A DNA stretch of 30,099 nucleotides from Gemmatimonadota bacterium (GTDB taxonomy: Bacteria > Gemmatimonadota > Gemmatimonadetes > Gemmatimonadales > Gemmatimonadaceae). The DNA lies in NCBI GenBank assembly GCA_031372565.1, contig JANMLN010000162.1, forward strand, positions 1 through 30,099, read 5' to 3'. The notes beneath the pieces are model-generated. The model had not been told where the DNA came from. It saw only the letters and a program-made list of their open reading frames with translations, and ran no database searches. The number at the start of each line of letters is the position of its first letter. Position 1 is the first letter of the stretch. The position numbers were made by a program, and so were the translations under genes. Below, piece after piece: positions 24,372-30,099 of this stretch.

Positions 24372-26839
24372 CGACGGACGCCTCCGCTCGGGACGCAGGC
24401 GCGCCGCCGGTGACCGTCAAGGTTCCGGCGGCGTTTGCTCCCGCATTTCAGGCGGCGGAAGCGTTCGTCCGGCGCTACTTCGCCGATCGGGTGGACGACC
24501 CGGAGCACGGATCGATCACGATCTCGGGCGAGCGCTACATCCTGGTGCGGGCGGCGTCGATGTCGGTCGAGTTCTTCGACCTCGTGCGGTCGCTCTACGC
24601 CGATCGGGGATTGTCCGAGGCGACCGGGGTGGCCGCGAACCTGTTGTACGACGTCGCCCATGCGATCGGCAAGGCGGACGCGCGGGCCTTCAACGTGCGA
24701 ACCGGCGGTCACGAGCCGATTGCCCGGCTGTCGGCGGGGCCCGTGCACTTCTCGCACGCCGGCTGGGCCTTCGTGGACATCGATGCGCAATCGTCGCCCA
24801 GCCCGGATGACGCGTACCTGCTGGTGTATGACCACCCCTACTCGTTCGAGTCGGACGCGTGGCTTCGGCAGGAACGCACGTCCGACTTTCCGGTGTGCGT
24901 GATGAATGCGGGTTACTCGTCGGGCTGGTGCTCGGAGAGTTTCGGGCTGGAGCTGGTGGCGGCGGAGATCACCTGTCGCGCGCGCGGCGACGACCGATGC
25001 CGGTTCGTGATGGCCCCGACGACGCGCATCGAGGCCCGTGTCGCGGAAGTCCTGGCGCACACCCCCGACGCGATGGCGCCCGTGTCGATTCCGGCCTTCT
25101 TCCGCCGCAATCACACCGAAGAGGAGCTGCGGCGCACCAACGAGCTGCTCGAAGCCCGCGTGCGCGAACGCACCCAGGCGTTGCAGCGTGCGAACGCGGA
25201 GCTGGCGGCGCAGGTCGAGGCGCGCACCCGATCGGAAGCGGCGTTGGCCGAGCGCGAGCGGCGCATGGAGCAGGCGCTGCAATCGGTGAAGGCCGGCGCG
25301 TGGCATTGGGATCTCGAGCGCGATGAAGTGGACTTCAGTGCGTCATTCGCGCCGCTGCTCGCGCAGCCGTCACCCGCGTCGGGTGCCGCCGTGCGTGCGG
25401 CGGTCTTCAACCGGTTGCATCCCGACGATCTGCGGCAGCTCCTGCGCGAGGTCCCCCGATTGGCGGCACGCGTCGGCGAGGTCGAGCGCGAGGTGCGCGT
25501 GCGCTGGCATGGCGGCGACGATGCGTGGCGCTGGATCTCGGTGCAGGCCCACTTCGAACCGGGACCCGACGGGCGTGTGGTGCGGGCCTTGGGCGTCGTG
25601 GTGGACATCACGGACCGCAAGGCGGCGGCCGAGGAGCGCGTCACGCTCGAGCGCAGCATGGCGCAGGCACAGAAGCTCGAGTCATTGGGCGTGCTCGCCG
25701 GCGGTATTGCCCACGACTTCAACAACCTGCTCGTGGGCATGCTGGGCAACGCGGAGTTGGCGCAGGCGGAGCTCGCGCATCTGGAGGGGGGCGACGCGAG
25801 CGAAGCGGTGGAACTGGTGCACCAGATCGAGCGCTCCGCGTCGCGGGCCGCGGGCCTCACCCGGCAGATGCTGGCGTACGCCGGGCGCGCGCGGTTCGTG
25901 CTTGAACCGATCGATGCGAACCGCACGATTGTCGACGTGATCGACCTCGTGACGGCGGCCATCTCGAAGCAAGCGACGCTCCAGTTCGACTTCGCCGACG
26001 GGCTGCCACTGATCGAGGCGGACGGCACGCAGCTGCGTCAGGTCCTGATGAACCTGATCGTGAATGCCAGCGATGCGCTGCTCGATCGGCCGGGCACGAT
26101 CACGGTCGCCACCCGGCCCGTCGAGGCGGATCGCGCGCTCCTGCGGACGCTGGTGCTGGGGGACGAGCTGCCGGAAGGACTCTACGTGCGCTTCGTCGTG
26201 CGTGATACGGGGGTCGGCATGACGCCCGACACCATGGCGCGGGTCTTCGAGCCGTTCTTCTCGACCAAGTTTGCGGGGCGCGGACTGGGGCTGGCGGCGG
26301 TGCTGGGCATCGTGCGGGCGCACAAGGGCGCGATCGGGCTGGAAAGCGAGCCAGGCGCGGGCACGGCGTTCACCCTGTTGCTGCCGGCATCGCTGCGACC
26401 GCGGACGGAGGCCGTCGTGACGCCGATGGGCGGAACGTCCGTGGCGGTGGCCCCCGAGGGGGGGACGGTGCTCGTGGTGGATGACGACGAGACGGTGCGT
26501 GAAGTCGCGCACCAGATCCTCAAGCGGGCGGGCTTCCGCGTGCTGCGCGCGGTCGACGGTTTGGCTGCGCTGCAGATCGTGCGGACCGAGCCGCGCATCG
26601 ACCTCGTGCTGCTCGACGCCTCGATGCCCGTGATGAGCGGTCCCGAAACGATCGAGGCGTTGCGCGCGTCGGCATGGCACGGACCGATCGTCGTGATGAG
26701 CGGACATGCCATGGAAGACGCGACCGCGGCCTTCTCGGCGTGGGACGCGCAGGCGTTCGTGCGCAAACCGTTCCGCCGCGCGGAGCTCGTGAGCACCGTG
26801 TTGTCGCGGCTGAGTGGGGCGTCGCAACAGCGCCCGTAG
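24368..26839 (+). CDS. Hybrid sensor histidine kinase: XylR-N/V4R - coiled coil - PAS - HisKA - HATPase - REC
   Basis: 823 aa; PVC...EITCRARGDDRCRF (V4R), LHPDD...DITDRK (PAS), GIAHDFNNLL, DTGVGM, FFSTK..GRGLGL, LVVDDD...LLD...KPF; GTG overlaps the EF-G2 stop. Confidence 0.93.
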   Translation: MTTDASARDAGAPPVTVKVPAAFAPAFQAAEAFVRRYFADRVDDPEHGSITISGERYILVRAASMSVEFFDLVRSLYADRGLSEATGVAANLLYDVAHAIGKADARAFNVRTGGHEPIARLSAGPVHFSHAGWAFVDIDAQSSPSPDDAYLLVYDHPYSFESDAWLRQERTSDFPVCVMNAGYSSGWCSESFGLELVAAEITCRARGDDRCRFVMAPTTRIEARVAEVLAHTPDAMAPVSIPAFFRRNHTEEELRRTNELLEARVRERTQALQRANAELAAQVEARTRSEAALAERERRMEQALQSVKAGAWHWDLERDEVDFSASFAPLLAQPSPASGAAVRAAVFNRLHPDDLRQLLREVPRLAARVGEVEREVRVRWHGGDDAWRWISVQAHFEPGPDGRVVRALGVVVDITDRKAAAEERVTLERSMAQAQKLESLGVLAGGIAHDFNNLLVGMLGNAELAQAELAHLEGGDASEAVELVHQIERSASRAAGLTRQMLAYAGRARFVLEPIDANRTIVDVIDLVTAAISKQATLQFDFADGLPLIEADGTQLRQVLMNLIVNASDALLDRPGTITVATRPVEADRALLRTLVLGDELPEGLYVRFVVRDTGVGMTPDTMARVFEPFFSTKFAGRGLGLAAVLGIVRAHKGAIGLESEPGAGTAFTLLLPASLRPRTEAVVTPMGGTSVAVAPEGGTVLVVDDDETVREVAHQILKRAGFRVLRAVDGLAALQIVRTEPRIDLVLLDASMPVMSGPETIEALRASAWHGPIVVMSGHAMEDATAAFSAWDAQAFVRKPFRRAELVSTVLSRLSGASQQRP

Positions 26840-27009
26840 GGCGTATCGGTCGTGAAGTCCTGGATCGGTCGGTCGATACTGCGGAGAGTAAGCGGCTGGG
26901 GTCGGCTGTTAACGAAGTGCCGCGTCGTGCGTATATCGGATCAGAGAGGCGGAACTCGGCAGCGGTGCGCCGGGTATCATGCCTTGCAGGACTCCCCAGG
27001 GGTGGGGAC

Positions 27010-27058
27010 GCACGGAGGGTGACGGCAGAATATCGCCGCACCCTCCGTGTGCTTTTCT
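27010..27058 (+). terminator. Intrinsic terminator-like hairpin
   Basis: CACGGAGGGTG (27011-27021) pairs with CACCCTCCGTG (27039-27049), inner CGGC/GCCG stem, followed by GCTTTTCT. Confidence 0.7.
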
Positions 27059-27108
27059 GTGACTATCTGGGCGCGTATTGTAGTTTCTCGGTGCCTGTTT
27101 CGACAGCC

Positions 27109-27208
27109 GACTAATTGTAAGTCTTTACTGTGTATGTGTTTATAAGGACGTACGAGGCGCACCAATCACTAATTGACAATATTATGGTCACTGACTATAA
27201 TTGAGTCA
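27109..27208. promoter_or_regulatory. Three GAC-N9-GTC palindromic operator-like sites
   Basis: GAC-TAATTGTAA-GTC (27109-27123), TGAC-AATATTATG-GTCA (27174-27190), TGAC-TATAATTGA-GTCA (27192-27208). Confidence 0.75.
27173..27201 (+). promoter_or_regulatory. Perfect-consensus sigma70 promoter
   Basis: TTGACA (27173-27178) - 17 bp - TATAAT (27196-27201) within an AT-rich patch. Confidence 0.9.
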
Positions 27209-27285
27209 ATAAAGGCACTCCCGCCGCGAGGCGGGGCCGCAAAGCCTGGAGTCTCACTTACGCTGAGATCGTCCGGTTACCCGCA
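27208..27285 (+). ncRNA. Cyclic di-GMP-I (GEMM-I) riboswitch aptamer
   Basis: GGCACT-CCCGCC-GCGA-GGCGGG-GCCGCAAAGCC...GTCTCA/TGAGAT...TCCGGTTACC: P2 with GNRA loop, GCAAAG junction, P3 and GTTACC end; ligand positions equivalent to Vc2 G20/A47/C92 are G27214/A27241/C27280. P1 is not evident. Confidence 0.82.
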
Positions 27286-27306
27286 CCTCGGTTACGGAGA
27301 TTGGTC

Positions 27307-27414
27307 ATGACGTTGTTCGCTTCATCGCCGCGCGCACAGCAGCTGCTGCGCACCTTCACGCGCTGCTCCGCGCTCATCGCCGGCGGCGCCGCCATCGCGC
27401 TCTCCGTGGGGTAG
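27307..27414 (+). CDS. 35-aa small protein with hydrophobic C-terminus
   Basis: GGAGA SD at 27296-27300; MTLFASSPRAQQLLRTFTRCSALIAGGAAIALSVG*; below the ORF-track size cutoff. Confidence 0.65.
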   Translation: MTLFASSPRAQQLLRTFTRCSALIAGGAAIALSVG

Positions 27415-27463
27415 CGACGCCGTCGCGCCCCGCGCCCCGCTCGGGTCGGCCCACTGCGCGGCG

Positions 27464-28213
27464 TTACACCTTGTGGTAGCTGATGCGCGCCGCCTCGCGA
27501 CGGTCCGCGCCGGCGTAGATCTCGAAATCGGAGAAGAAGGCCGGCGCCTCCGCCTGCAGCGTGCGCAGCACCATCACCGCGCAGCGGCGGATCTCGAGCT
27601 CCGCCGCTTCACTCGAACGCAGCTCGAGCATCGTGCGCCAGGCCCGTGCGTTGCCCGTCACGACGATATTGGTCTCCGTCGAGTTCGGGAGCACGCCGCG
27701 CGCCGCTTCCCGCGCCATCTTGCGGCGATGCACCTTGTCGTCGACCCAGGCGTAGCGCGTCATGAGCTGGTCGACGAGCGCCACATACGACGTTTGTGCC
27801 GACGTGACCTGCGCCTTCCATGCCTCCTCGAGCGCGGCGTCGCCGATCATCGCCGGCGGCACCACGAACTCGGCCTTCGACTCGTCGACGTAGCGCTGTG
27901 ACAGCTGCGAGTAGGCGAAGCCGGCGCGGTGACGCACCAGTTCGTGCGTGAGCGAGCGGCTCACCCCTTCGAGCAGCAGGGAGTAGTTGGCGTGCTCGAG
28001 CACCGAGCCGTGCCCCTGCTTCTTGATGTTCTCGAGATACTCGCGCGTGGTGCGGCTCGCGGGATTCTTCTGGCTCATGTAGCAGAGCCGTCCGGCGAAC
28101 TCCGCCAGGCGTTCACCGTCCGTGCTCTCGCCGATCCACTGCACGGGCAGGTGCGCCGGCTCCGCGAACTGCGGGCGCGACAAAACGGTGATGCGGGGCT
28201 CGGTATGGAACAC
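27464..28213 (-). CDS. thyX: FAD-dependent thymidylate synthase ThyX, ~249 aa
   Basis: AGRLCY, GHGSVLEH, HELVRHRAGFAYSQLSQRYV (RHR-x8-S), AREAARGVLPN, AELEIR; GTG 28213 start is tentative. Confidence 0.95.
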   Translation of the reverse strand: MFHTEPRITVLSRPQFAEPAHLPVQWIGESTDGERLAEFAGRLCYMSQKNPASRTTREYLENIKKQGHGSVLEHANYSLLLEGVSRSLTHELVRHRAGFAYSQLSQRYVDESKAEFVVPPAMIGDAALEEAWKAQVTSAQTSYVALVDQLMTRYAWVDDKVHRRKMAREAARGVLPNSTETNIVVTGNARAWRTMLELRSSEAAELEIRRCAVMVLRTLQAEAPAFFSDFEIYAGADRREAARISYHKV

Positions 28214-28283
28214 GGCGATCGGGCGAAGGGGGCGAGGCGACGTGCGCGGGAGACGTGCGGTACGCGTCGTGCGCGGCGGGAAA

Positions 28284-29960
28284 CTATCCTGCCACGTAGG
28301 CGTCCACCAACTCCAACCGGCCCCGCGCGTAGTCGCGCGTCCGCCGCACCGTGTCGAGTACCGCGCGCGCCGCCCCGGGGAGTGCCGGTAACGCCGGGTC
28401 GTACTTGATCTGCTCGATGGCGCGCTGCCCGGGCTGCGGCACGATGACCCCGGGGTTGAGCCGCCCATCGGGATCGGCGGCCTGATGGATGGCGGACCAG
28501 TCGCCCATCGTGGCCGCGCCCCAGAGCGCCTCGTTGAGGGGGGCACGGAGTCGTCCATCGCCGTGCTCGCCGGCCAACGTGCCTCCCAGCGCCGCCGTGA
28601 GCTGCGCGACCTCCGTGAGCAGCGCCTCGAGGCGGGGGCGCCAGTCGTGTTCACGCAGGTCGACGAGCGGATTCACGTGCACATGGGCATCGCCGGCGTG
28701 GCCGAAGATGACGCCGCGCAGCTGCTGACGCTCGAGCGCCGCGCGCACCCCGCGGATGTACGCCGCCAACTGTGTGGGCGGCACGCAGCCATCCTCGATG
28801 ACCTGCACCGAGGCAATCGCGGGGTCGAGCGCTGCGAGGAGCGGGCTCGCGGCGTGGCGCAGCTCCCACAACTGGTGCTCGTCGCCGGGGGTGAAGCCGG
28901 CAGAGACGGTCGTGGCGCCTGCGGCGCGCAGCGCGGCGCTGAGCGTGTGGGCCACGTCTTCAGCCGTGGTGGCATCGGCAGCTTCGAGGCCGACGAGCAG
29001 CACCGCCTCCGTATCGGCGGGCACGGGAACGGCATGTGGTCCCGAGCGCGCCATGTCGAGCAGTGTGCGATCCAGCAATTCGCACGTGGCCGCGTGCGCG
29101 TCACGCGCGGCTGTGGCGCCCTGCGCCGCGGCGTCGAGGCTCTCGAAACTGGCGAGCAGCGTCGCACTCGCCGCGGGACGCGGTTCGAGCGCGACTTCGA
29201 GCGCGGTGAACAACGCGAGCGTGCCCTCGCTGCCGACGAGCAGATCCACCAGCTCGCCTGAGCGCTGCCATGCGGTGACGGCGTACCCGCTGGAATCCTT
29301 GCGCACCGCCCGCTGCGCGCGCGCGGCGGCGGCCGCACCGTGCGTCTGCGCCCACGCGAGCAGCCGAGCAATCGCGGGCACGTCGGGCGGAGCATGGCCG
29401 CGTCGCACCCAGGCGCGCGACCCGTCGGCAAAGACGCACTCCATCCCTGCCACCCACGGCCGCATCGCACCACGCGAGAGCGTGTGTGGACCGGCCGCGT
29501 TCGTTGCGGCCATCCCGCCCACGGTGCAGTACGCCCCCGAACTGGGGTCGACGGGGAAGCGAAGTCCCATCGCGGCCGCGGCCTGCTCGACCTCAGCGCG
29601 GAGGACCCCGGGCCCGACGACGATGGTGTGCGTGGCGGACGCGGCGATGCCGGGCGACGCGATCGGTGGTCGCGCCGTGATCGTTCCAATCGCGCGAAGG
29701 CGCGAGAGATCGACGATCACGCCATCGCCGACGGCTCCGCCCGCCATCGAGGTGCCCGATCCGCGCGGAATCAGCGGCTGCGAGGTGGCCGCGCTCCAGC
29801 GTACCAGCTGCACCACCGCCTCTGCGGTCGACGGCACGGCCACGGCGCGTGGCCACGCCTGCGCGACCCCGGCAGCCTCGCTGTAAGCCGCGCGCGCGAG
29901 ATCGTCGGCCCGAAAAACGCCGGCAAAGTCACGCGGTGCCGTGAGCGTCGTTCCCGTCAT
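28284..29960 (-). CDS. FAD-linked oxidase (GlcD / D-2-hydroxyacid dehydrogenase-like)
   Basis: 558 aa; PRGSGTSMAG, PVDPSS...TVGGMAATNAAG, GSEGTL, FGHAGDAHVH, AGEHGDG, DPDGRLNPG. Confidence 0.9.
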   Translation of the reverse strand: MTGTTLTAPRDFAGVFRADDLARAAYSEAAGVAQAWPRAVAVPSTAEAVVQLVRWSAATSQPLIPRGSGTSMAGGAVGDGVIVDLSRLRAIGTITARPPIASPGIAASATHTIVVGPGVLRAEVEQAAAAMGLRFPVDPSSGAYCTVGGMAATNAAGPHTLSRGAMRPWVAGMECVFADGSRAWVRRGHAPPDVPAIARLLAWAQTHGAAAAARAQRAVRKDSSGYAVTAWQRSGELVDLLVGSEGTLALFTALEVALEPRPAASATLLASFESLDAAAQGATAARDAHAATCELLDRTLLDMARSGPHAVPVPADTEAVLLVGLEAADATTAEDVAHTLSAALRAAGATTVSAGFTPGDEHQLWELRHAASPLLAALDPAIASVQVIEDGCVPPTQLAAYIRGVRAALERQQLRGVIFGHAGDAHVHVNPLVDLREHDWRPRLEALLTEVAQLTAALGGTLAGEHGDGRLRAPLNEALWGAATMGDWSAIHQAADPDGRLNPGVIVPQPGQRAIEQIKYDPALPALPGAARAVLDTVRRTRDYARGRLELVDAYVAG

Positions 29961-30099
29961 GCGCGAGTTCCGCGGCGGCGCGTGAGGGTGTGCACGGGAC
30001 GCGATCAGCGGTCCCGCGATGCGGGACGCGGGGTCGTCGGGGCAACGCCGCGGGCGTCCGCGCGCTTGGTTGGCGCGACGATCGTGGTGGAGAACGGAC

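Noticed and set aside
27464..28654. 396-aa extended ThyX from the ORF track
   Set aside because: The extension overlaps the oxidase gene and is low-complexity; ThyX-like sequence starts near 28213.
29961..30099. 3' end of an upstream minus-strand gene
   Set aside because: Several frames are open but none has a recognisable motif in 139 bp.

Overview
GC-rich (~70% by eye) bacterial chromosomal window; the gene repertoire suggests a diderm, probably Gemmatimonadota (inference from recalled protein families, not a search). Left to right: the 3' end of an IS3-family element abutting a REP-like repeat; a start-less Cys-rich micro-ORF; acyl-CoA dehydrogenase; a metal-uptake unit (signal-peptide/CxxC/RAPP leader gene, ZnuD-like TonB-dependent receptor, His-motif lipoprotein); PHP-domain membrane protein, crcB, M20 peptidase; a putative beta-barrel protein; M28 peptidase; a divergent Rho with a long disordered N-terminus; two TPR-like genes; a 36-aa lipopeptide-precursor gene; a pseudo-receiver/AraC regulator and a single-domain receiver; polysaccharide deacetylase with DUF1501/DUF1800; two small hypotheticals; EF-G2 coupled to a V4R-PAS hybrid histidine kinase; a consensus sigma70 promoter with repeated operators, a c-di-GMP-I riboswitch and a 35-aa ORF; thyX; and an FAD-linked oxidase. 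The best candidate for an undescribed system is the 14.2-17.1 kb module (TPR protein + tiny exported peptide + AraC regulator + receiver), tied together by a shared TGTCGCA-like motif in both promoter regions, which resembles a peptide-signalling circuit. No rRNA, tRNA or CRISPR array was seen. All family calls are from motif recognition by eye.
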